Origin: Lingula anatina
Lineage: Eukaryota > Animalia > Brachiopoda
Assembly (NCBI GenBank): GCA_051362555.1
Contig: CM120644.1
Location: forward strand, 14,840,534-14,904,533
Direction of reading: 5' to 3'
Length of the DNA stretch: 64,000 nt
The notes below the pieces were generated by a model, which was not told the origin of the DNA, did no database searches, and saw only the letters and a list, made by a program, of their open reading frames with translations. This document shows positions 42,601 through 55,027 of this stretch, one piece after another (the first letter of the stretch is position 1; each line of letters starts with the position of its first letter). The translations under genes were made by a program, and so were the position numbers.

Positions 42601-44031
42601 TACATATAAAATTTCTAATAGTAAAACGCTCCACTCACCTTCACAAAGTGTTAGTTCTGTATGATAACAAAGTATGCAGTGGTAGTTCTTGAAACTTTCA
42701 TCAGAACCGGTAATGACAGGATTGTTGTACGCTATGCAGGCATCTCTTAAGGCTGAGTGCAGGGGGCGTGGCCGAGGTACAGGATGCAAGCTTCCATTGA
42801 TTAAAGTCAACTTACAAGGACCAAAGGCACGGTCCTCAACTTCCCGGAAGCATGTTCTTAAATTCCATTCCGGTTTTGACACGAAAATACCATTACAATT
42901 GAGGTCCTTTAACTTTCTTAAAACACAATCCGAGGAGCTGCAATTTGCAAAGTCGTCAGCTAGTCCCCTATGGCAATAGACAGCAAGTTCCCACGGTTCC
43001 CAACCGTTCTCGATACCATTACAGGTTGCACAGTACTTGTTTCTGAAGGTGATCATAGCATCTGGGTTGGTGACTGGCTGGTACAAGAGCGCGCCTTCTA
43101 TGAGACTAGTACCTGAGATGTTAGTGCACTTCATACGACTTTCCTCCTCCAGCCAAGACGACGGACACTGGTCCACCATCCAAAAGCTCAATCCAAATTT
43201 GTCCATATGGGGTAAACCGGTTTGTTGGTTTAGTGGACGTAATGTTGGACTTCTTCTGCAAGAGCTTTGATGTGCCAGGGAAATAGACGCAGGGTCGAAT
43301 TGTTCATTTTTTCTTACATAAGATGATGTTTTGTTAGGGGATGAAGTGGAAGTGGTACTGTTACTTTGAGTTTCTGTTAAGTTGGTTCCAGGAAACGTTA
43401 GGGAATCGGAGGTACTTTGCGCCCTTATTAATCTGACAGACGCACCGCACACTGCCGTATTTTTTGTAAATCCATAACAGCAGTCTTTATACAGGAAACA
43501 CAGAGGGTCGCATTTGCAGTGGACCTTAACGTTGACCTGCTTCGATCCAGTTCTGGCACAAAGCCATCTATACGGCGTGAGAGTAACGTTTGGGAGAGAA
43601 GAAGTTCCCTCCGCTGTTTCCGCCAACTCGGTGCTGTTTGCCGATCCCTCGCGCAGTGAATTTTCTTGATGTGGAATCCGCGGTGTTCCCTCGAACATCC
43701 TACCCTTTGTACTGGCCATGAGAGATTCTTGTGTGATTCCATCGTGGATTCTACCGTCCCTAGTGGGCGACTCTTGTGTGGTACCCATGTGAATTCTACC
43801 CTCAGTAGTGGGCGAATCTTGAGTGTTTTCATTGCGAATTCCACCCTCAGTAGCCGGCGCCCTTCTAGTGGTTATTCCTTGCATCCCATCTCTAAGATGT
43901 GATGATTCCCTCGTGAATCCCCCAACCGTCCAAATCTCTAAATTGGGCGACTTTTGAGTTAATCCGACAGATTGACCAGTCGTCGGCTGAACAAAAATCA
44001 GAGCACAAAAAGTAAGGCAGATGATCATCAT
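39613..44031 (-). CDS. Secreted, probably GPI-anchored ~690-aa protein with a somatomedin-B-like and Cys-rich GPCR-type ectodomain, no 7TM
   Basis: Coding exons 44031-42639, 40534-40428 and 40185-39613 (phases 1 then 0; 2073 nt). Signal peptide MMIICLTFCALIFVQPTTG; Thr/Ser-rich repeats; SMB-like CKCDPLCFLYKDCC; FWMVDQCP, PVT...TFRNKYCATCNG, FKNYHCILC and LSFRALL motifs; Ser/Thr/Pro stalk and short hydrophobic end LLMLMAMVAVVWDF*. Confidence 0.8.
40554..41273. repeat. ~167-bp direct repeat pair (40554-40720 and 41106-41273)
   Basis: tttcttttcagttaattttcattgtgttattataatttattagccttatcgca...gtctctatttctgtagaattataaa occurs twice with few differences. Confidence 0.9.
41700..42445. mobile_element. 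Inverted-repeat-bounded element carrying an env-like fragment
   Basis: A perfect 21-bp inverted repeat (41851-41871 / 42364-42384) plus an outer imperfect ~60-bp pair (~41700-41762 / ~42384-42445). A related end sequence occurs at ~28740-28800. Confidence 0.65.
41867..42360 (+). pseudogene. Remnant of a Gypsy/errantivirus env- or baculovirus-F-like fusion glycoprotein C-terminus
   Basis: Reads REACNIKI...INPGQYVIVTWGETLYTLCDN...VRPGTYLLNIENGCKIQGDNFILTG, then after a stop and frameshift a hydrophobic LGTLALILLVMG. The Cys spacing recalls env/F-type proteins; recognised by eye only. Confidence 0.5.
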
Positions 44032-45287
44032 GTTGCTGAATACAAAAAACTGTGCATTTGCAGCATAGAAATGACGTATATCAGCTTTTGCTGGCCATTT
44101 ATACCTTCTCCGCCCTTCCTAAGAGGCAATTGGTTGCCGCTGAGCAAGAAATAACCTAAACACGACGGCGGTCTTGCATAAGTCGTGAGGTACACACTAA
44201 ACTAGCGTGCATTGAGAGCTTGTTAACAAGAATACTAAGAGTCACGATAGGTCATGTCGCTGTAACAGTCACGTTTATTGGGATAATTAGTTTGTTATTT
44301 CGACTACTCCACGTCAACAAGAGTTCCAAGGGTGGGGGAACACTGTCGTCTTATTGATCGCCCTGTGTGTTTTTTTACACGCGGCATATTACGTTGGAGA
44401 ATTCTAGTAGCGATTAATTGGGACGACCTCTAAACAAACAGGTGGAACCGAAATGGTAGTGCAAGTGAATTGCAGCGTTAGCGGAAAGTATTAGGGTCTT
44501 TATATGGGACACAAATGATTTGAATTCATCGTTTTTTTATGCTTGTGGTGATGAATTTAAATTAAGAGTAAAAAAACGTACAGCCGGCGTGACAAAATTG
44601 AAGGCCCGTGTAACAGAGTGCATTCTCCATTTACATGTAGGCCCTACGTGTACGGTTAATGTGATGGCACATACCATATACCAGTATACTGGACCCATAT
44701 TGCTGTCGTTTAATTAAAAAAAGGCACCTACATATCACCATCAGCCACAAGATATCTTATGCACATAATTATCAACGGGAAGTAAGTTAATGATAATAAT
44801 TACTTCGGTAGACGCATGGTCGAAACTTTACAGACTTCATTTGGTAAAGTACTTAATAATAGAAAGATGATTCAAATTTCAGTGTATCATGGTTTGAACG
44901 CTTTGGAGCGTGGGTAGGATTTATTCTGCTGAATTTATAAGTTCTTATCTTTATGCCTTTGATCAATCACCGTGTTTAACAGTTCTGGTGCTGAGTTAGT
45001 TAGTACATGTAATAATGGTAATAGTTCACTTCGGTGCAATGTTTTTCAGGATAATATAGATTTCGCCCCCACCAATCAACGAAATTTTTATCATTATAAA
45101 GTAGTAGCCTTTTTTCCAAGTCAATGGGAATTTTATTATTTTTCCCTCCGTCAGCGTCAAGATGAGTACCAATGGCGGTGCAAATATCCTGCTTACATAC
45201 ATTGTACATGTTTATATATTGTAGGTCTTCAACAAATGTCACAAACCGCTTTTTTCAGTGTACGGCACAATAGTTATGCGGTGCACT

Positions 45288-48200
45288 TTATTTCATCGGC
45301 TGTACACTCCCAGAAGATCTCTTTTCTAGTGTTATCCATACCTCATCATCGAGGGCACCGAGTAAGCCACAACTCGCCTTGACCTCCTGACCTTTGACCC
45401 CTTGAATCTGTAAAATTAGGATAGTTGACGAAAGTGACCAAAGCCTGGCTAGCTACACCAGTCAATGCGTCGACTTGTTATAACATGACTTCCTCAAGAA
45501 TAAGTTTTTTTGTTATTTGTTAATACCCCCTTTACTCTGGACGGCGTCCTTTCTGCGTCCTTTGTGCGACCATGAAACAAGCATCGCTCTGGTCGTAGAA
45601 AGGAGGCACAAGCAACGCTTTGGTTGCAGAATAAGTGCTCAGTGATTGGCCAATTATCGGCAAGTAAAGTATTATTTTTTACTCTAAAACGGGGCCATGC
45701 TACGGGACGCAGAAAGGACGCCGTCCAGTGGGAAGGGGGCTTAAGCACGTTATTCAGTTTTTGGCTACTATTTCTGAATTTCACCACATGCCAATGCTCA
45801 CGAACCTGAAAGCTCAGCAGAATGTTCGCCAGTGCCGTAGTGACTTCTGCGTAAGCGAAACGGTACCCAGGACACTTCCTCTTGCCGGCAAAACCAAACG
45901 GTTGAAAGGAGTAGGGGTGACGCTCCGACACTTTCTCCGGGCTGAAACGATCTGGGTCAAACCTTAAATGAATACCTCCAAGTGCAAACTCTGAATAGAT
46001 AAAAAAGGATGAGAATATGATATTCGTTGATAAAAAGTGCTCAAGTTCAGAGGTGAACTCGATTTGAACCCTGGTCATATACATGTACATATCACTTTGC
46101 TGTACGACTCAAATATATTATTACATATAAAATTTAATGCACATTAACAATTGTGAATTAAATAGTGTTAGTAGGATAATGGTGGATGATATATGTAACG
46201 ATATAATATATAAATGCTTACTCATTTGGGTTCGGCCAGCGTACTGGGTCATTATATTCCACATTAATAGCTTGGATGATTGGTGTCTAAAAATCATAAA
46301 ATTTGGAAAAGTGTGTATAACTGAATTCTACCTGTAGCGGTCAGACACTTGGTTAGGTAAAGTTATTTTATTCCTATTACTTAAATTTTCATCTCTATTT
46401 CAGGGGTAGAAAAAATGAGTGAGAATGGTGAGAATGTAAATGACAGAGAAACTGGTATACGAACGGCTATGGAAACACTGTTTTTGTTTTAATTTTGGCG
46501 CCATAGCCTGATATGCAGTGACGTGTCACAAGTAAAATGACGCAAGAAAACATGAGAAGAAAGACAGATTTAAATCTCCAATTTCGGGACAATGCAAATG
46601 TTTACACAGTTACATCTTTCAGAAAAATAAATAAATACCCAACGCACCTCACAGAGAATATGTGGCGTCCATAAATGAAACTGTACTATTCACAATGACG
46701 TAAGAATTTACTTACCCCAGCTGGTATGACGTAATCTCCAAGTTTGACGTCATTTTCATCGTCAAAGCGGGCTGCGTAAGGTGCAATCTTCGCTACGCGT
46801 AGTGCCTCGTCAATAACCTGACGGGTGTACCTAAAAGTTTTAAGCAATGCCCATTACCTTATCAGCACTAATATGGTATCATATATAAAAATTCTATTTG
46901 AATATAGAAACGACGCCATATTTTCTCTGTAAAACATCAAGTCCAGTATATGATACATATCCATATTGTTCCGCGTCTCTATTTAAAAAAAAGCGAATTA
47001 TTCCGCAAACACTTACACTAACTGACCAATGTTATCCGGAGTTATTTTGCCTGTGTCACCCAATATGTTCTTAACCTCTTGGTACATCTTTTCTTGCACA
47101 TCAGAGTGGGCAGAAATAAAAGTCAGGGCCCACAATAACGCTGGAAATATGTATTATGATGTAGAAGATATAAAAAAATTGACGAACACTTTTTCGATTA
47201 ATTGTCTTTGTATTCAGTGGTATAACTAGTACAGTAAATAATTGTAGTATGTTAATAATAAATAAAAGGCGTTAAATTATTTGAATAGTTTTGTCATCCT
47301 TTCTAAGCCCCTTTCTATAAACAGAATTCGCTTATTCTCTGATTTTGTTTTTAGAAATTTTACATTGTGTGTAAGGCAGAAGGATTTAATTATTGTCAAA
47401 GAGATCAACCTACAATTTGCTGTTGTATGAAATCCTCCAATAATAAACATCAAAACATCACATTGCATGACGTCATAAGGTATATTGTTCTCAATCATGA
47501 CGTCAATCAGCATTTTTCGTTTCTCAGTGGTTGGGCGCTTCCGTCCTACTTCGATCGCTGCCGCAATGGTGTCATACATGTACCTTTTCGCTGCAACGGG
47601 AGTATCATAGTATATCATATGACAGGAAATTGGAGATATACAAAAGCACGTTTATTTTACGTTGCAATAACGGAATACATTGATGACATTAAGTGTGTTT
47701 CTTACCTTCGTTAAATATCTTTTCCCTCTCACTCCCCGGCTGCGGAAAATCCCCCTTTAGAAATATTTGTTCCATATCTGACCAACTCTGATGAAAAAAG
47801 ATAAAAGGTAATCGCAGGCTGATTTAACAAATGAATATATAAATAAAAATTAAATTGCCCACTAGAGCAAGAACTTGCAAAACTACAATACAAGAACATT
47901 GCATCAATGGGACGAATATTGTAACGTTTTACAGTTTTAATTCGTGGTTAAAATTGCTAGCCTTTTGTTTTCATTTGTTTGGGGTTGACTTACGTATAGT
48001 TATACACCGCAGCTGAACTCTGAACACCCTAGCCGTTTCTGTTTAAAAACCAATCAATACCGAATATCTATTAAATATGGCAAATCAGTAGAAACTGTAA
48101 TCTAATGTCAGTTCACGCGATTTGATGAAATTTTACATCCAAAATTGCAAATTACAAAATTCTTTAAGAATTGTCAATGGGCTTTGCCAAGCTAAATTTT

Positions 48201-51200
48201 CCAACTTTCAGGATTTTTTACCTATAGACAGTAAACATGATCCTTATGAAAATCAATATGATTCTTCTTATAACTTTAAGCAATCTACAAAAATTTGAAA
48301 GCAAGTCTCTGAAATTGTGGCTTCCAATGAGAAATAAAATAGTGACCACATACGAACAAACAAACAAAAAACTAGCAAGCAGACCAAAATAATTGTAATA
48401 TTTTTGCAAGTAGTTAATCATATGCATAGTCTTACGAGATTATAGACTAAGAAGCAATTCAAGTATAGCTTACAGTATTATATGATTCCCAGAACTTGAG
48501 AACCTCTTCATCTTGTAAAAAGAAGTTTCCAAGAGAGCTCTGCATAATTGCCTTTATTGCAAACATGAACATCCCCTGGCGGCAAGGAACGTGTTCACCA
48601 TGTGGTATTTGTGACCATCTCGCCACCATTTCCTCTGAAAGCTATGGCGATTGCATAAAAATGAGAAAAAAGAGAAAATATATATAATTTTAAAAAATAT
48701 ATATGAATGGAATTGCACAGGGATAATAAAACACGTTTAAACTAACTAACAGACTATCGTTTTACAGTGTTTTTTATCATGGTACCTCAAGGTTCGACTT
48801 TGAAGTCATTCTGTTGCTTTGTGCGGCAGTTTTGAAATACCCTCCAAATGTCTCCACATCGCGCAAAAAGAAAAAAAATAGACGACGTGACAGTTTGGCG
48901 CTTTTGTGGAGTTTTATTTTGCTTCTAGCAAAAGATTCAACACCATAGAGAAAGTAAATCGTCCTTTCTATCGATCAGCTAAACATATTTACTAATGAAA
49001 AACTGATGTGAAAATAAATAAATCACCTTCTGAAGCATGCCAATGGATTTCATGACATTATTATGGCTGTAGCATGAGTCGTATGTATTTCTCCTCCATT
49101 TGCCGTCTTCCTTGTTTGCATACTGAATAGCCTTCTCAGTTATTATGATCTCCAGCATCTTAAAAAGAAGTCCTGGGAAAAGACAGTTAATTCGTAAAAA
49201 ACCACATTCAGGCTGAAACATTGTACATGTACTAGCTGTGTCGGTTCAGCTCTGCGGGGAACTCTCGTTCAAGAGTCATCGTGGAATCAACTTTATTGTT
49301 TGACACGCCTCCTCGAGCAGCTATGGGTAATTAACCATGGCGCGCTGATTAAGCTGATTTCACAGATTGCACTTTAGCCGCAATCCCCCGCAGATTTGGA
49401 TCGACACAGCTAGTACGATGTGCATATCTGAGAAAGCCCTAAGGTTTAAACTCGCACTCAAGAAAAAGAAATGACCCAAGTCACAAAAGTATACATACTA
49501 TCTTTGGTTTGACGTGTTATAACCCTTAAAATGATCAGACCTTAATAAAACCAACCACTTCAAAGCACATGTGTACGTAAGCGAGAACAGCTCGAGAATA
49601 TATAAACTCGTGTCTTTTTATGTTCAACATGTAAAAAAAGTTTAATAAAGAGAATGGTATCTATTTTCAGACTAGGAAAAGCAACAAAAACCGTGAATCA
49701 CTTAATCTGTTTTGGAAGTGGAATCGCCGGTATTTTTCTCATGAGGCCTGTAAATTTCATGAAAATGTGTGTTCTGAAAGATTCGCACTGTCCTCTGCTC
49801 TGAACATCAAATATGGCGACCCATTAAAAAGCTTGCCGCTTAGACGGGGTGTTCCGCAACAAGCATTCAAGTGGGTCGCACTAGTGCACCTGATTTGGTC
49901 TTTTAAGTGCAATTTAAGACCAGAACTGAACTGAGGCGCTATTTGATCTAGGATCTGTTAGTCGGCTGATATCAATGCGCTCTATGTTTTTTCTAAATAA
50001 TGATTGGTATAATTTGTTTCCCCAACCAAAACGCATGCATTCACTAATAAGGTATAGAAGTGTAGAAAACTAACCTTGCATCATTTGCACTTAAATAAAT
50101 TAATAAAGAAAGAAAGAACAACAAACAAACAAATTAACAAAACAAAATATAAAAAAGAAAAAAAACTTTGTCAAAATTATATTTCCACTGTATTACTTAC
50201 CAGGTCTGTCAAACATACGGGAGGTTTCTTTGAACAGTTGAGGAGAGGCGATGCTGACCACCATTTGTTCTCCAAACCAGAACTTTGCTATGGGTCCATA
50301 CTGCTGATGGAGCCACAGCAGAAACCCATTAAATCCACCGTGTTTAGTAATCAGATCAAGGTTTCCGTGTCTGGAGGACAACGAATTGAAACATTAGAAA
50401 TACCTGCATACAACAGAATCCGTTACTTGTCATTCTCTTATACATATAGCGCAACAGGGTACCCAATATCTACAGGTTACAGCTACACGTAAATAAGGAT
50501 ACTTTAATTGCCATTAGATATGCACAATTTGAGGAATCCATAAATCTGCCAACCGTAATGTCCGATTTGTAAATGGTGGTGCGCAATATCCGGGCACTTA
50601 CTGGGCATGGCTGACCTTCAGTCCTGGGATGTCTCTGCCCGATGCATAAGTACCGCTGCCTGAGACCTGCAAAAAAAACGTGGTTAGAACGCATACATTA
50701 AGTATGTTTCAATATGATTGATCATATTCAGTTCTGTAGCATCCACGTGGAATATTTGAACATGAACAAGGCTCAGTATCTCGAAAGGTTCGCTATGTTG
50801 CGCACGTGTGTTCGTGTCTCGATTCCATAACCGATTCTATTTCGAGATACGGGGCCATGAAATCGAGACTCACTTGCAGGTTTCTGAAAAAAAAAATCAA
50901 ACCAATGGTTTGATAAGCTGAATCATACTTCTTAACAGTACCAAATGGCACCGTTCGTCCTGTAAAATACCAAAAAATTTCGGGGCCATTTACCGGTCCC
51001 TGGGCCCCGGGGCCCAAGCCAAGAAGGGAGGGGGGGGGGTCAGGGGGTCGGCTTGGCATCCGCGCCCCCCCTTCCAAATAATCCTGGATCCGCCCCTGAG
51101 AAGTAATGTAATAGTACGTTTCTTTCATACCATTACTATTCATTTTTAGATCAGACCGCCAGTTACATCGTATCACCACGTCGCACGAACCTCGACAACA

Positions 51201-51835
51201 ACACAAAAGCCACGAGATATTTAATCCGAAAACCAGGTTAAACTTATCTCAAGGTTTTTACCTGTACACATAACATGGACCGTGCTACAAAACACTATTC
51301 ACCTGCACGTTCGGGCATTATCGGGTTGTCTCGTGTTACGTCCGGATGAGCCGATATGTGGTGCTAAGCCAAACCATAGTACGATTATTAGGTTGATATA
51401 TTGTTTCGGGTTTCAGCAGGTTCAGATTTACGCTCATTGGTGCACTGAGATTGCCTTGTATTGAGGTGTCTCTCATACAGGAGCAGGCAACTGCATGCCT
51501 GAGAGATAAAACAACCAAACTGCTACATGTTTAATCACATATATACTATTCTTGTACATTTTCTACTTCTTGTTTCATATAATGAATCTTAGCGCCACCT
51601 ACAAGAGTCCACCGTCCTAAATTTCTCAGGAATGTAGAGATCCATAAAGCATCTTTTACATCCATGTAGTCTGCTAGCGATCTGAATGGCATTAGAACAG
51701 ACAGTGTAGGTACAGGGGTATTAAATATAGCGTTGAGATATTCATTTATCTTACCTTCTTTTTTATAACCGACAAAAATGCAAGCAATGCCAGGAAGGTT
51801 ACTATCACCACGATACACAGCGATGAGATATCCAT
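45288..51835 (-). CDS. CYP20: Cytochrome P450 family 20, copy B, ~489 aa, intact
   Basis: 12 exons: 51835-51755, 50666-50602, 50370-50201, 49172-49027, 48641-48474, 47787-47706, 47590-47414, 47140-47017, 46830-46716, 46286-46222, 45962-45806, 45407-45288 (1470 nt). Motifs GGFHTTAN, EALR, FDPDRF and FGFAGKRKCPG. Confidence 0.92.
45523..45743. mobile_element. PIF/Harbinger (Tourist)-like MITE in the last intron of CYP20 copy B
   Basis: Perfect 24-bp inverted repeat ctggacggcgtcctttctgcgtcc / ggacgcagaaaggacgccgtccag, extending to ccccc/ggggg ends with TAA/TTA flanks. Confidence 0.7.
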
Positions 51836-53730
51836 CTCTCCTTTGCATTCGCATAAGTTGAAATCCGTTTCGGTTCACCAGCAAGACATTGATTCAATAC
51901 TGTGTAGTAAGTAGGTCACGAATAAAAAACCTTTACCATGCGGAGAATTGTATTGTGGGAAAGGTTACCCTGAAGTGTAAAGGAAAAACGGGATTATTTA
52001 TGAAATGGAAGGCAAAGTGAACGATCTTCAAAAACAAATTACTGAAACAAAAAAAAAAAAAAAGAAGATGTTAAATTTATCAAAGGGTTAGCTTCTTCGG
52101 AAGAACTTTTATGGTTTCTTGTATCTAGATATTAATGATACACTGTATGTACTATTGGGTTCAAATTTACAAGACAGACACGCCAAGAGAAAAATGAACC
52201 CTTTAACCCTTTCTTAAGACTTACAGGACGAATTACTTTTCCTCTTGAGCAGGCTAGGAGCAGGATTACAATAAGAGTAACTAGGCTTCAGGTATAAGTT
52301 ACTGGTTAAATGCACAGCAAAAACCGGCAGTGCTAATATGTTGTTATATATACTATTACTAAAATAGTATCTTGTGATTTTTTTACCTGTGTTCAGTTTG
52401 TGCAGTAAAAAACTTATTACAAGAAAGCCACTTATCATTTATGTGGTGGAACTGTAATCAAATAGGGCTAAAATCATTATAGATAAAATCAACAGTAAGT
52501 CTGTAATGAAAAATCCCCGAATCCCTTTTGTAGTACTTTGTTCAAGTGTTATAATATCATTAAAAGCATGTACATGTATATAGCTGTCCTGGTGCCTGAG
52601 AAAATCAGAAAACCGAAAATGATGTTTTATGCCCCCCCCCCCCCCCCCAAAAAAAAAAAGCCAACATTACGTCACACGATGAACTTGGAGCTGTGTTTCA
52701 AGCATAATACTATGTTTGGAAGATACATTAAGTGCATGCAACAGGAATGAAAAAAGTTGAGGACTTTAATTTTAGATAAAATACCTGAAGTTCTACCTTA
52801 ACTGTTGGGTTTGTATGTTTTGCATAGGGGCCTACAGCAACAACTTTTTGTACATAAGGGTATTTTAACAATACTATGTCCTTATCTTTTCAGGACGGGA
52901 ATAGCAACAGTTCCCAGGATTTGCAAGACATATTTTGAGTTGATGCATTTTCACTTCCGGCAGTTGTCCATCTGGTCATCAACAAAAGATAAAAAATGTC
53001 ACCGTTTTGATTTCTGTGGTGTTTACATGTTAAACTACGTCATAAACTCACATTTCTTTGTTCAAGAATCATTCAATATGGATGTTGGCTTTTGAGAGGA
53101 ATTATAAACTGGGGGGATGGCTTTATCAGCCTTTACCGAAGGCCCAAAATGCATTTTACCCGGTCTGCATAAAAAGTTGGAAATTTACCAATTTACTAAT
53201 TTAGCACACGGAATAAAATAAAGCAGAGGTATGAACAAAAAACAAATTTTTTTCTCTAGTTTATTATCATAAGACAGTTGTTTTTCTCTTTCCATCAAAA
53301 AAAAAAAAAATAATAATAATAATAATTATTATTATTATATCTGATCTCCATGAATTATTTAGGTTAGTATAAAAGAACAGTATTAGTATAATATCATCCC
53401 TACCAACGTACATGTATGTAGATAGACGGTCCCATCATAAAATCATATCTATATCGATAGATATTAAATCTTTTATGATCTGCACATTGCGGAATGTATG
53501 ATGATGAAGGAAATCAACGGTCTTTGACAAGAAAATAGGTCGATATGTATTAACTGATTGTATTTATGTGAATCATTATGATACACCGTCAATTTTTATA
53601 TAAAAAAGGCTGTTTCTCAGAATTGTCATTCCAATCTTCTGGTACCTAACATAATTAACTTAATGATGTCTTGACAAATTTCGGTTGAAGTTATTGTTTT
53701 ACTGAATACATTTATTTCCATCTATTTCAC

Positions 53731-54987
53731 TCAATTATTGGAGGATCTCTCAGTCAGTGTTATCCAGATTTCGTCTTCAGGGGTAGTAACTAGTCCATAC
53801 TTGGCCTTGACCTTCTGACCTTTGACCTCATGAACCTACAAGTGCGAAGAAACTGATGAGATGAATATATGCAAGTTTATTTGAATTAATCATATGTGTA
53901 TGATTTCGAATTAGTTTATTGTATTATGTAGCAACAGAATTGAATCCACTACCCTTTTTATTGATAAGTAGATGTGCCGTTTCCTTCTAGGGTTTGTCTG
54001 AAAATGCGATTTTATTTTCTCATTTTTTGTTCTTTACAGCGTATTTTTAGCACACCTGAAACCTCAGCAGAATGTTCACCAGTGCCGTAGCTACTTCTGC
54101 GTAAGCGAAACGGTACCCAGGACACTTCCTCTTGCCGGCAAAACCAAACGGTTGAAAGGAGTAGGGGTGGCGCTCTGACGCTTTCTCCGGGCTGAAACGA
54201 TCTGGGTCAAACCTGGGAGCATACGTAAATTCCAATTTACACTCTAAATCAGAATAGACCTGAGGTCTTAAAGCGAAACTTCGACATTAGCTTTAATAGC
54301 TTTAAACGTAATTAGAAAAGTGAACGTCAGTTATGAATTCGGATTTTGAAAAATTTCAGATGTATATGGAGCTCATAGATATGTCTGTTCTCGCTTAATT
54401 CCATCACATTAGTTTAACTTTGCCCTATCCCATAATAAGTACATATCAAATCATACATTTTATATTATGCATATCATACATTTATATACAAATTGCAGAC
54501 CCGTAGCCAGAAATTTCAAAAGGGGGGTTCTTTTCTAAAAAAGTGGACCTTTTCCCATAAAACCTTCATGTACCTAGATTATAATTTTACCTAGAGTGGA
54601 CCTTTTCCCAGCAAAAGTGGTGGTTTTTTCGAACCCCCCGACCCCGCTGGCTACGGGCCTGAATTACAATTCTAAAATAACGTACTTCTTGGGATTTGGC
54701 CAGCATGTTGGATCATTCAGCACTACACCCAACGCATAGAGAATGGGAGTCTAGAAATTAGACGTAATAGTTCGTCACAAAGTATTCTATATATCACTGT
54801 GTATAAATCAGATGTTATTTTGTATATAATATACACTCAAACCGCAGTAAACAGATTTCATAGAAGTCTATCCTATCTCTCTTATGATCCAGATTAGATC
54901 GAATTAAGGACTCCACGAAATAACAAGACAAACAAATGATAAACATTAACATAAAACATGAAAATATAATAAAATAAGATTAGAATA

Positions 54988-55027
<40 letters not shown>

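Noticed and set aside
42574-44031. 485-aa ORF as a complete single-exon gene
   Set aside because: A GTGAG donor at 42638 and two phase-compatible downstream exons show the ORF tail is intron read-through.
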